A DNA stretch of 63,489 bases, counting the filler, from Lenisia limosa (Eukaryota; Protista; Breviatea): NCBI GenBank assembly GCA_001655205.1. It is 16 parts of 16 records of this genome, joined end to end, with 100 filler letters (N's around TTAATTAATTAA, not from the genome) between each part and the next. Parts side by side here need not be neighbours in the genome. Positions count along the whole stretch, not along the records: positions 1 to 17,148 come from LPNZ01006497.1; 15 more parts are not named here. One strand, given 5' to 3'. The notes beneath the pieces were generated by a model, which had not been told where the DNA came from, did not search any database, and saw nothing but the letters and a program-made list of their open reading frames with translations. Below are positions 1 to 12,426 of the stretch, in pieces; the first letter of the stretch is position 1, and each line of letters begins with the position of its first letter. The translations under genes and the position numbers were made by a program.

Positions 1-3000
1 CCGTTTTGATATCGCGCTGTGCGGCCGCGAGGGATCGCTCATTCTCAGCCACTGTCTCACTCAAACGTCGCTGGACAGCGTTGAGATCAGAAGTGGTAAT
101 ATCAACTGCTTGGCGCTGCGCGTGGGCATCCTTGGCGTGAATATCAACGTCGGTTGTGAGTTTGGCTATCCGGGCCTCAGCACGTGACAGTTCCGACATG
201 GCATGGTCGTTGGATTGCCGCATGTCGGCTGCCTGCGCGTTGAGCGTGTCCAATTGCGCCTGTAGTGACGTGGCTTCTGCACGCGAGGCAGTGAGTTCAA
301 CCCGAAGGTCCGTTTTCTGGTCCTCAGACCCGGCAAGAGCGGCACGGGCCGAAGAGAGTTCCTCCGATATTCCGGCAGCCACTGTGGTGTTGGTGGTCAG
401 TTTAGCCTCAAGGTCCTCAACGATGATCCGAAGGGCTTCAATGGCGGCCTCTTTTTCGGTCAGAGAAGCGGAAGCCTGATCAACGTCGACTTGGAGTGCT
501 TCCGACCTTTCCGATAATGACTGGATTTCTGCCATTTTGGACTTAACTGAAGCCTGCAGTTCTGCAGCAGCGATCTGGTTGTCCTCCATAGTAGTGGCTT
601 GGTCACAGAGGGTTCTCTGCAGACTAGCGTTCTCTTCCTGTAGCCTCGCGAGGGCTTGAGACTTCTGTTCATCCGAGGACTGTGCGGCGGCGAGGCTTGA
701 AGCCAGGGCCACGGCTTCGGATCGAGTGGTGTCGGCCTGGAGGGGGGAGGGTGAGTGGGAGAAAAATGGAATATTTCTGAATACCAAATAACGAAGGAAG
801 TTTGATGAACTATACTAGATAATAAGAATTCCGAAGATTGTCAATATTGGCACAACAACATTTAACGTAATAGATGCGAGTATTGCCCACCAAAGTCTGT
901 GAATCTGAAAGTTCAGTCTTAAGAGAGTTCACGGCGGCTTGGAGTGCCGCGGAGGAGGCTTCGGTAGAGGTCAGAGTGTTTTTGGCGCTGGTTAAGTCGG
1001 ACTTAAGGGATGCTCTACAACATTAGTTGCGAAATTGTCCGTCTTATGACAAGATAAATTATTTAATTTGAAGATGAGACAACTAGTATTTGCAACGAGT
1101 GAAGCGTTTACAATTTCGCACTTACAGACAATATGGTTTATTAAAAAGCAGCCCTACATTTCTGCTTCCAAGGTGGCCACGGTTTGTTGGGCATTCATAG
1201 ACTCGGTCTTCGGCATGAGAAATGCAAAAAAACAAAAACAACAACGTGCACGAGTAGCATATACAATATACATGAATAAATATATACTATAATATATAGC
1301 TGATATCCAATTACTTCACTTCTTATTGGCAATATATCGCACTAACAGAGAATAGGGACCAAACCAACAGTAACATACCTCAGCAATCTCCATCAAGGCC
1401 TTCTTTTCATCACCAGTCTTCTCTACAGTCACCTTGAGTTCCTCTCGGACAGAAGCAAGAGACTCATTAGCCTCAGTCAGCGCAGTGTCAACCTTGTTCT
1501 TCTCGTCAAGCTGCTCAGCATATTGCTCTTTCGCTGCTTCAAGAGAAGTCTCGAGATCCTTGTTAGCATCGGAGAGCTGGGCAATTTTAGTGTCGAGCTC
1601 AGTCGCCTGAGACTTGAGTGTAACAATTTTGTCTTCAAGGGACTTTTCTGTCAAAACGGCTTCGGCGGCGCTCTTCTCCATCACCTCCATGTCGGAAGTG
1701 AGGGTGGCGATCTGAGATAATCGGTCGGAAGCAGCTTCTTCTGACAACGACAATTCAGCCCGGACCTTAGTCAGGTCTTCTTCTAAGCTCTTGGCGAGGG
1801 TCTCAGACGTTTTAATGTCGGAAGTAAGCTGCGCGATTTCCTCGGTTGCAGCATTGTTTGAGGCATCGAGAGACTCCGAAGCGGAAGAAAGAGACGCGAT
1901 TGTCACCTGGTCTTCTTCGGCCTTGGCTTTCAAAGCTTGGACTGTAACGTCATGCTCGGTTTCGAGTTCCTTAACCTGGGTACTTAGCTCCACAATGGCT
2001 TCCTTTTCACTCTTCAGATTGTCTTCGGCTTGCAGCAGGCTTTCCTCGAGGGTTGTGAGAGTAGCCGTCAGGCTGGACGTGAACTGTTGGGACTCGGAGA
2101 GGTCCTCGGAGAGTTTGGACACAGCACTGTCAGACTTGTCCAGGGCTGCTTGGAGTCCTTCGATACAGGCAGTTTTGTTCCCGATCTCAGACTGGGCCTC
2201 TTCCACCAGAGACTGGGCAGAGAGAAGCTCACCCGTCACGCCGTCAACCTTTTGGATTAAAGCAGCCTTGTCCTCCTCCAACTTGGCAGTTCTCTCCTGC
2301 TGCGACTCAATCGCCTCTTCGAGCGCTGTTACGCTCATATTGGCGTCGGAAAGCGCGTGGACTTGGTCGTCGAACTGCTGGCGGAGGGTTGCCAAAGAAG
2401 TCGTCGTGGTACTGTGTTCGGCCTGCTCGGTGTCAAGGGCAGCCTGGAGTCCTTCAGCTGTCTTGACTGCTTCGCGGAGGTCAGAAGCCGTGTCAGCAAG
2501 TTCCGAGGAAATGGCCGCATTTTGGTCCTCTGTTTGGCGGAGTGTGGCTTGGATCTCAAGGAGCGATTGGTTGAGGTTGGCTTGTGTGTCAGACGCGGCA
2601 GCCGTCATAGAGTCCAAGTTGCTGTTGAGCGAAGCACGGAGACGCTCAAGCTCGGCAATCCTGGTTTCGGAATCGGAAAGCGACGAGGTCAGCTCGGACT
2701 TCTCAAGACTGAGCTTCTCAGACGCGGCAACGGAAGCGGCAAGTTCAGTTCCGACGGATGAAAGCCGGGCGTTCAGTTCGTCAATCTGCTGGATCTTCAT
2801 GGCCACGTCAGCCTGGGAGGCTTCGAGCACAGCCTGGTTATCAGCCAGCTCCTTGGCGGTGGTGAGCAGACTGGCCTTGGTGGCCGCGAATTGAGCAACA
2901 GCGCGCTGCGCACTCATGTCATTGGCAGCGATTTCTTCCTGGGCAGAACGGAGTTCCTCGGTCAGTCGGCCGACCATGTTGGATGCTGATGCCAGGTCAT

Positions 3001-6000
3001 TGCGTGTGTTGTGGAACTCAAGGTCAACTGCAGCCTTGGAGTCAGCAAGTCGTTGCAGATGATCACGGGTTTGATCGAGCTCAGCCGACGTGGATTCTGA
3101 CAAACTGGCAAGGGCTGCCTCCTTTTCTTTCACAGACTGAAGGGAGGATCGCAGATCAGCGACAGTGGCTCTTTGCTCGGAGGCAGACGACTCCATATTG
3201 TCAATGGTGTTGGCCATGTCGGACATGACACGCTCGTTGCGGCTAATTGATGCCTGGGCAATTTCAAGATCCACGCTCAGCTGGCGTACACGCTTCCGTT
3301 CGGATTGAAGATCGCTTCTGAGACCCTCAGCCGCAGACGACAAGGCCTGTTGCTCCGTCTCATTACCCTGGCGAAGATCTGAGATCTCTGACTTAAGGAT
3401 GTTGATCGAGTCGTTTCTGTCGGACAGGTCGTCCCTGAGAGATGCGGATTCACTATGGGACGTCGTGAGGTCTTCCGTCAGTTTGTCGCACTTTTGCAGC
3501 GCTTCAGTGAGGGATGATGAGGCCTTTTCAAGTTTCTCCCCAAGGGTTTCAACCTGGCGTGTGAGTCCCGTGTTGATTTCTGACTGCTCTTCAAGGTTGT
3601 CTTCGAGGCTTCGTGACTCCTTCTGTGCTGTCAAAATATCAGCCTGAAGCGCCTGGTTTTTAGTACTGGCGTCCTCTAACTCGCGAACGACAACCGCGTG
3701 GTCAGCCACCTTCTTCTCAAGCTCAACAATTTCAAGAGTAAGGACTTCCTTAGCCTCGACGAGGGCATCATACGCCACATTTCTTCCTTCAAGCTTGGAC
3801 TCTAAATTAAGGACTGTATTATCAGCGTCTTCCTTTTCTTGATTCAGGGACACGAGAGATGCTTCAAGGCTTGAAATATCAGCCTTGCTCTGTTGGATGG
3901 TTGAGCTAAGGCTTGATACCGTTTTTGACAGTTTCGCAGTTTGCGACTTCTCCGCGCAGAGTTCATTAGAAGCAGTGGAGAGCAATGAAGAGAGCCTGGT
4001 AATCTCAGCTGACGATTCTGATTCACTGCAAGATGCTGCGTTACGAAGGTGGTCGTACTCGTCCGACTTCTCAGAAATGGCAACGTTGAGCTTTTTAATG
4101 TCTTCTTCAAGGCCCTTGGAGGTGTTTTGCGAAGCTTCAAGAAAAGCAGAAAGAGCCGCAGAAGTTTCATTGAGAGTTTCAATTTGAGAGTTCAGATCTT
4201 CAACAACTGCAGATAATTCAGTGATTTTAGACGTAGCAAGAACAGTTTCTTCCTTGGAAGCGGAAAGCTGATCACCACGTACAGTAAGATCATGCGAAAG
4301 CGTCTCATTCTGTGCCTTAAGCTCAGTAATGGCAGTGAGGTTCTCATCTTCAGACTGGGCAGATGTGGACTGAAGGAATTCATAGGCAGAGGTCTTCTCA
4401 GCAATGGTAACGTTAAGCTTTTCAATGTCTTCTTCAAGGCACTTGGAGGTGTTTTGCGAAGCTTCAAGAGAAGCAGAGAGAGCGGCAGAAGTTTCATTGA
4501 GAGTTTCGATTTGAGAGTTCAATTCTGAAATAGACGAAGTCAGAGCAGTGTTGGTATCTTCCGCTCCAGTCACCTTTTCCAGAGCAGCAGTCAACTCACC
4601 CTGCTTCATTTCGATATCAGAAGTCAGACCTGAGACAGAGCTTTCAAATTCAGAAATTGCAACATCTCTCTCACTCACAATGTCCGAAAGGTCGGCAATT
4701 GTCTGGTCGAGGGAATTCACCTTTTCAAGGTGCTCTGCGACAACATTGTCATGTTTTTCGATGGCAGATGAAAGGTCAGCACGGAGGTTGTCGGAAGAGG
4801 ACTCGTAAGCGGCAAGGCTGGCTGTCAGAGATTCAACCTTTGACGTCTCGGCAATGAGGAGGTCTTTCGTGGTACTGAGCTCATCCTGGACAGCAGATCT
4901 TTGATCTTCTACCTGAGCAATGTCCCGTTTGGATTCGGAAAGCGAGTCGTTGAGGCTCTCAATAGTTTGGCGTAACTCAGCTTCAGCAGCCTTGAGCTCG
5001 GAGACGTCAGACTTGGAAGACGCTAAATCAACGGTCAGGCTTTGGACTGTTTGGTCCCCATCGGCCTTGAGGGAGCTGAGAGAGTCATAACGGTCATGGG
5101 CGGCGTAGAGGTCAGTCTGAGTGACTTCTAAGGTTTGCTTTGTGGTGACAAGAACCGCCTCGGAAGTTTCAAATTGCTTTGAAAGAGTATCGAAAGAATC
5201 CTGGAGAGTCCGGAGGGAAGAAGACAGTTCGGATTTGGACTGGGTAGCCTCATCAAGTTGAGACAGTAGGCGAGTTGACTCTTGTTTAAGGTCAGAAATC
5301 TGGCTTTCAAGCTCAGTGTTGCTATCACTCGATTCAGAGTACTTCTCAGTGAGCATCACCAGTTCTCCCTTGGTTTCAGAAAGCGAAGCCTTGAGTGAGT
5401 CAATGGAGACTTGGAAGTCAAGTTCTTTCTGAGATGCGCTGGTTTCAGCATCAATGAGCTCCTGGGATTTTTCCTCGAGTAGCTTGGAAGTGGTATCCTG
5501 GGTCTTTTCAAGTTCAAGAATAATGGCGTCAAGCACTGCGCACTTCTCCCCTGAGTCGACTAAGTTGTCGCTGGAAGCTTGAAGAGCAGCTGTCAGGTCC
5601 AGTTTGTTTGCCTCAAGGGCTTCAATGGTGCTTTCTGTGGAAATCTTCAGCTCAGCAAGTTTTTCACTGGTAATGGCCAGAACCTTCTGAGTCTCCTGCA
5701 GCTTCTCAGACGTTGAGCCAAAGGTTTCGGTTTTATCAGCTAACTCAGACACGAGTAGAGTGATCTTGTCAGCCTGAGACTCGGCGACAGCAGTTGATTT
5801 CTGAAGGTCTTGTCGGCAAGTTTCCAGCTCTTGTGCTAAGCTATCAGAACGTTCCATTAATTCGGCTGCGGAAGCCGTGGAGCTTTCCTTCAACTGTGTC
5901 AATTCCGATGTGAGAGTGTCGCGAGCAGAGGAGAGATTTTCAACCTTTGACAACAGGTCAGAATTAATGTCTGCGAGTTGTACAATGTGTTCACTTAAAT

Positions 6001-9000
6001 CAAAATTAGTTTTAGAAGAATCAGAGTTTTTCTCTTCTAAGGAGGAAATTTGTTCTATGAGATCCTGATTGACCTCATTAAGAGTGGCGCTATACTCCTT
6101 CAGTTTGGAGACCTTTTCTTGAGAGTCCTTCAGATCACAAGAAACGCTTTCATATGACGATGCCAAAGAGGACAATTCAGATGTCTTGGAGTTGAGTTCA
6201 GTAGTCACGTCATCCAGTGTCGCCTCAGCCTTCTCAAGGGCAAGGAGAGTGGTTGAAAGAGAGGACTGCGTACCTTCCACCTTTTTCTCAGCATCGTGGC
6301 ATTCATCGGTCAAGGCCGTGAGAGAAGATGTGAGTTCAGTCTTGAGAGTTTCTAATGATGCAATTCTGTCGGAAGACTCAACGAGCTTTTCTGTCAAAGA
6401 GTCGACTTCAGCAGAAAGATGGGAGACACTTTGATTCGACTCATTGAGCTGCCCTGATATATCAGCAAACTGGTTTTCGTGACTTGAGCTGTCAGCTTCC
6501 GCCTGAGTAGTGAGGGTTGCAAGCTTCTCCTTTGTATCTTGAAGGGTTTCCTCCAGAGATGCGACTTGAGTAGACAGGGCACTGGATTCGGCCATTTTCT
6601 CTGCGAGTTTCTTCTCCACCAGCTCAATCTGCTGATGACAATCATGCAATTCAACCGTGGTTGTGGCCTGGAGACTATCCTTGTCATTGATTGCGGATAA
6701 AGCCTCTCTGAGCTTGTCCTGGGCAGAAGAAAGGCTGGTACTGAGGTGCTGAATGTCCTGGTCTTGTTGGGCGTTCTTTGCAGAGAGGTCTTTGATGGTC
6801 TCGGATAACTCCTGGGAAGCCGCGCTTGAACGTGATAAGTCCGATTCGACAACAGTCATATTGGCCTCTGTGGTGTCCAGAGCAGATTGTAAGTGGACAC
6901 ATTTTTGTTCCAAGAGCCTGGTTGACTCTTCAAACGCTGATGTCTCCTGCATATGGCTGTCTTGGAGTGCCGAGATGGAACTATTGAGCTCAGAAATGGA
7001 CTGTTCTGCGGTTCCAAGAGAAGCCTTCAAGCCTGCGTTCTCCATGTCCTTGTTGTCGAGGATCTTGGCGAAGTCATCCTTCGTTGATTGGTGAAGGATA
7101 TGTTCAGCCTTGAGAGATTCCTCCATTTCTGTCAACTACAAAGTAAAAATAAGTAAAGCAAATAACAATGAAAGCTTTTAAACTTCTGAACTTTACAAAC
7201 CTGAGACAAATGCGCGGCAGCTTCACGAGAGGCGAGCTCCTTGTCCTTCTCCGTTTCTTCAATCTGCATTTTGAGGTCCATGACGTCCTGATACAGCGAC
7301 GCAGCCATTTCAGCCTTGTTCTTGGATTCAGTCTCAAATTTCTCAGCCTGGCAGCGGAAAACTTCAACCTCATCACTTCGGTTGCCGACTTCGGTGTAGA
7401 TGGTTGACAGCTCATCAGATTTCGAGGAAAGGATCTGGGTTAGGGGGTGGGCGTGAAATACGACTGGAAAAGAAACGAAAACGAAAAGCAAAATAATGAA
7501 AATGTACAGGTGAAAGTGAAAACANNNNNNNNNNNNNNNNNNNNNNNNNNNNNNNNNNNNNNNNNNNNNNNNNNNNNNNNNNNNNNNNNNNNNNNNNNNN
7601 NNNNNNNNNNNNNNNNNNNNNNNNNNNNNNNNNNNATAACTGGTGACTGTAAATGTGGCTTCCAAGGAAACTATAAGTTCTTCAACATAGTTAAACCAAG
7701 CAAATCCCTCCCCACCTTCTCTAAATCGCTACACTTAGCCTTGAGAGAAACATTGTTGTTGGACTCTCTTTGGCAGTTGGTTTCTGCTAATTTGGCTCTC
7801 TGGACCAGTCATTGGCAATTATTGATGGTGTGTCCAAAAAAAAGAGGTAATTAATTTAAACATAGTTGATCATGCAGATGATGAACAAACCTTGTGATAG
7901 GCAGAACGGTCCATTTCCGTCTTCAGCAACTGAGCCTATTGACGTGATAAAATGCTATCCAACAGTATAATTATTAAATGCATGTATGTGTGATACGAAA
8001 ACTATGTGATTGCTTTTAACACAAATATCAACAATTGACCAACTTGAAGATGTTCAACGTCATTGACCCTATTTTGCTTCTCCTGTTCCAAAGCCACTGA
8101 AATGACTGCCTGACGTTCCGAGGCGTCTTCAAACTGCTTCTTGAACTGCGTTGACTCGCGGGTAATATTTACAATATCAGCCCTAAAAAGGGTCATAATA
8201 ATAATTATAATAAATAAACACACATCTGGCTATACACACTGAGAATAAACACACATCTGGCTATACACACTGAGGTCAGGTGGGGGGGTAGCAAGGAATT
8301 CATTGTTTTGTGACTGTCAAATAGGCATCTAATTGAACAGCTAAAAACTGTTGATAGGATAAACACCACAAACTCAAGTTGGACATTTTTCTGAGTGAGA
8401 GAAGCCAGCGACTCAGTCACTTGCTCCTTTGCCTCCTCCACCGTAATCAGCTCTCGGTTCATCTGGAGCATAAAGAAAGATGAGCAAACAATGAACATGA
8501 CAAAGGAATCAAACAACAGGGAATAAAACTTGTAAATTTGTTTGAAATAAGAATAAGAGTTTTGTTTTGGGTTCAATTTTAGGTTCGTCAAATACAGAAC
8601 TATGATTTTNNNNNNNNNNNNNNNNNNNNNNNNNNNNNNNNNNNNNNNNNNNNNNNNNNNNNNNNNNNNNNNNNNNNNNNNNNNNNNNNNNNNNNNNNNN
8701 NNNNNNNNNNNNNNNNNNNNNNNNNNNNNNNNNGAAACTTCCTTTTTATGACTGTCGACAGCAAGTTGCATAGCCTTTGATGCCTCAGAAGAAAGAAAAC
8801 TTGCCTAATATGGTAAGTCGCCGAACAGAAAAAAAAAACTTTCGCAATGGTCATACAATACCCACTTGTTTATCACCATCAACAATCTTCGCGTCAGCCT
8901 CGGTTAGCTTGGAACGAAGAGCTTCCATTTCGTTTACAGCCGAGTTGGTGGCGTTTTGTGCTGCTTCCAAGGCCTCTGATGACTCCTGCTAGTTGTAAGC

Positions 9001-12000
9001 GGGAGTGAAGTCTATTTACTGGAATGTAATGTGATGAGTAGAGTGCTAAATAACACCTAAATAATTAAAGAGAAAATGACATCCTTCTCTTCTCTCTGTA
9101 TCATGATTTTAATGAATACAACATCCGCCCACATTCTTGGATTTCTGAAGAGACAACTCCAGTGATTGAGAGCGGTTTTCAGCCTTTGCAACAGCCTCAG
9201 CAGCCTCGCTTAATTTGACCTCCAGGTTGAGGACTGTTTGCTGGATATTTGCAGACTCGGTTGAATGCTGCAATTCCTTCTACGAAGTGTCAACACAGTT
9301 TACTATAATAAAAAAATGTCATCATCATGGTTCATTTTGGTTCAAAAAGACTTTTGATACAGTATAAATAAATATCATACACCGAAGTGGAGGAATAATT
9401 AAAAAATTCAATGTCGAGATAATCGCAGTTAATAATACATGTTAATTTCAGGAAACGGCAATATCAGACCTGAGAAAACTCTGAAGTAAGGGATTTGATC
9501 TGTTCGCTGTACTGGGCAGCCAGGGTCTCCGCATTTTGAAGCTGATTTGTTGTGCATTCAGCATTATTACGAAGCCTATAAATATGTAATAACAACCAGC
9601 AATGAACAATACGACTCGTCATTGCCATAAATTTAATTACCCGTCTTCAACATGATTAAAACACCGGTCTGTTCCAAGACTCTCCTCTCACATGTCTCTC
9701 TCAATGGTGGCTGCTTGGACTTCCCTCTCAGCAGCTGCACACTTCTCGGATAACGCACGGATTTTCTCTTCTGCTTCACGGGTCGCCTACAAAACTGTGA
9801 AGGCATTCCAAAATAACTTGCATTTGGTATGCTTTTTTTACAATTCATGCTAATAACCCTTTCTCATCATATGGACCATTTCTTCGGCATAATGACTATT
9901 TTCAGTTACGCTTAGTTACAATTCAAACATGTACCAAAATATTGGATACATCTTGATAATACATACATAAATTTATGCACAAAAATAACTAACGAATTGT
10001 GTGATAGAGTTTGGGCTTCTCTACGGTCCCAGAAAAAGTGAATTTGCCGATAAATCCTCGATAAATATCAATATTTTGACAGTCTTTTTCAGACCAAAGG
10101 GAAGCCCTTAATACAATTTATGGCCTCACCTTCTGAACGTCAAGCTCATTCTGACCCTGGACAGCCTTGTTTTGGCTCTCAAGAGCTGCAACCTGCGAAG
10201 TGCTCTGGTCGTAGAGAGTCTTNNNNNNNNNNNNNNNNNNNNNNNNNNNNNNNNNNNNNNNNNNNNNNNNNNNNNNNNNNNNNNNNNNNNNNNNNNNNNN
10301 NNNNNNNNNNNNNNNNNNNNNNNNNNNNNNNNNNNNNNNNNNNAACAAGAACTACGTGTTTGACCGAAGCCCATACCACCACGTTTTCAAATGACACAGA
10401 TAACAGGTTGTAATATGATATTTTATTAACCCATAATAATGGAAGAACCAGCAAGCCTCAACAGTCCACGTGATTGTCCTGTTATCTTGCATCATATCGG
10501 TTTGAAAGTTGGTTTTTGCTCACATCACAAACGAATATGGGACCGCATATCATATATACTCAGTCTACAGGTTGACCAACAAACCTCGTTCTGAATAGTC
10601 TTTAGGTTCCGCTCGGATGTGGACAGGGTATCAGATTTAGACTCCATTTGCATCCGCAGTTCGTCGTTTTCTAATAAATAAGGCATGAAGTAAGTCTAAC
10701 TGTCAGTCACGGATATTATTATCAAAGAAAAGATGAATATTCAACATATTCATATTATGAGTTAGAATGAAAAACAAATTATACACAGATGAAACTAATT
10801 GAAATGTGTTTTAGGATCATAGCAAGAGTCAACTAAGACAAAAACAATGACAGCAGCAACTCCTACTGTTTTCGAGTGCAACTATTTTGTCATTGAGCTC
10901 GTTTTTCGCCGACCGCAATGCAGACATATCCATGTCAATCTGCCTCGAACGCTCGGTCAGAGCAGTGTGATTCTAAGGGGTGAGATGACAAATTCAGCGG
11001 ATACACACCAAATCTATTGGTTCTAATTCTAATGAATCACATTGTAAGAATACAACAAAATGATAAAATCTGCAATGGGCCTCTTAATCAAACATGCAAT
11101 TTTAAACAGATGGCACTGGAAAAACGCGATATTCCTTCGAAATCAACAGTCAGGAGTCAATTTGGAATCAGATTACACCAAAAAACATCACACAATAAAA
11201 GGTTCACTATTGTTTTAGGAATCCACATCACAATCGGAACTGAAAAACCCAAGAAAAAAAGAGCATAAAGAATATTCAGTGAAATAACGGCTTTAACGAA
11301 CTGGTACCGCTCACCTTCTTGATCTCCAAATTGGAACTATTCTCCTCATCAAGCTTAATAGCAAAGCGTTCTGCCTAAATATGTTAGTTTAGTATTGAGG
11401 GAAGTTATGCAGACTTCAGCTTCAGCCTTTTGCCGCTCTCTCAGCTCAGCCTCATACGCTCTGGTCTTCTTTTCTGCCACTACAGGGGAGACGGTTAGTG
11501 ACAAAGAGTGCGTGAATTTCAACTCCAAATAGATGTTTATCCTCAATGATAAGCACAGGTAAATGGGAAGCGTTGTCCAGAGAAAAGAGTCGTTAGAACA
11601 ATGGAACCAACACCGACAGATGTGTGTCCATTTGCATTTATTCGCTAATTGGATTCAACACACGAGCTGTAGCCTTCGTAACTGACCTGCTTTCATTTGA
11701 TCCAACTGATGATCCTTGTTTTTCAGGGCATTCTGTAGATTTCTGACCTCAATAGTGAGATCCTCAATCTAAAAGAGTCAACAATGGGATGGGATGCTTG
11801 ATAGATATTTCGTGAATACTCGTTCTCCTGCATACTTTCTGCTGCGCCTCAAAAGAGGTCTCTGCAACACCACCAAACATGGTGACCGAGTAGCCAGCTG
11901 TTAACGTGTCTATCCAAAGTATATATTCGCTGTAGATCTCCGCAGTGCTTTTTACATAGTATATTTAAGCAACAGCGTTATTTATGATAACATATACACG

Positions 12001-12104
12001 TTAAAAGAGTGAATAGGCCAAAATAATTTCTAAGTTTATATACTAACCTTTGGTACTTATACCGTTTTCACTAAATTTGGTCTGCTTTTTGCAGTTCTTC
12101 TCAT
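1..12104 (-). CDS. Giant multi-exon coiled-coil protein (>2400 aa), continues past the left edge of the window
   Basis: Likely ATG at 12104 (MRRTAKSRPNLVKT|GTATAAG). Many short GT-AG exons translate as heptad-rich E/L/S/A/K sequence (e.g. IEDLTIEVRNLQNALKNKDHQLDQMKA at ~11685-11768). Then the exon 7135-1379 and further exons at ~1156-1206, 891-1014 and 1-736. No globular domain recognised. Confidence 0.85.
1379..7135 (-). CDS. Single 5757-nt exon (1919 codons) of the coiled-coil gene
   Basis: Open frame (ORF 1316..7135). Acceptor TAG at 7138-7136, donor GTATGT at 1378, phase 0 at both ends. Almost no Pro or Trp. Confidence 0.95.
4060..4521 (-). repeat. Internal coding duplication in the giant exon, 327-nt (109-aa) period
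   Basis: NSQIETLNETSAALSASLEASQNTSKCLEEDIEKLNV versus NSQIETLNETSAALSAFLEASQNTSKGLEEDIKKLNV; GAAGTTTCATTGAGAG occurs at 4161 and 4488. Confidence 0.9.
10013..10107. mobile_element. MITE family A (subtype A': GGGCTTCCCTACGGTCC..GGACCGTAGGGAAGCCC)
   Basis: ~95-nt hairpin with ~20-nt TIRs, in an intron of the coiled-coil gene. Confidence 0.8.
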
Positions 12105-12426
12105 CCCCTTCCTAAAGCAACTTGAATGAAAATACTAAGAATAACTATATTAAGAAGGAAGAATAGAGTTTGCGCAAAATAATGCGATCCGCGCGCCATA
12201 GTTGACTACCTAGTTTTGCCATTAGTATCCAATCAGAAGTATTATTTAATTCAAACCTAGACAAGAAAGAGAAAAGATCCGCCTGGTTGGGAGTTGTGTT
12301 TTGCAATATATCTGTTTTATTGAGCAAAATTGATTTGGTTCTTATTAGCTTTGTTTTAACCATAAGAACTTTTACAATCATCTTTCTATTTCATCATGCG
12401 GCTGTTCTGATTCTACAGGCTTGAAG
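12105..12426. promoter_or_regulatory. Putative bidirectional promoter between divergent start codons
   Basis: 322-nt AT-rich gap between inferred ATGs at 12104 (-) and 12427 (+). Inferred from position only. Confidence 0.4.

Noticed and set aside
156-7094. Long plus-strand ORFs over the giant exon (e.g. 1791-2894, 2357-2761)
   Set aside because: Antisense shadows caused by biased codon usage; Ser/Ala-rich with no motifs.
10013-10107. MITE A as a perfect Introner (G-TA-element-TA-G gives GT..AG)
   Set aside because: Splicing at those sites would also remove the 4 host bases GTAG and shift the frame, and no intron here consists of exactly one A copy.
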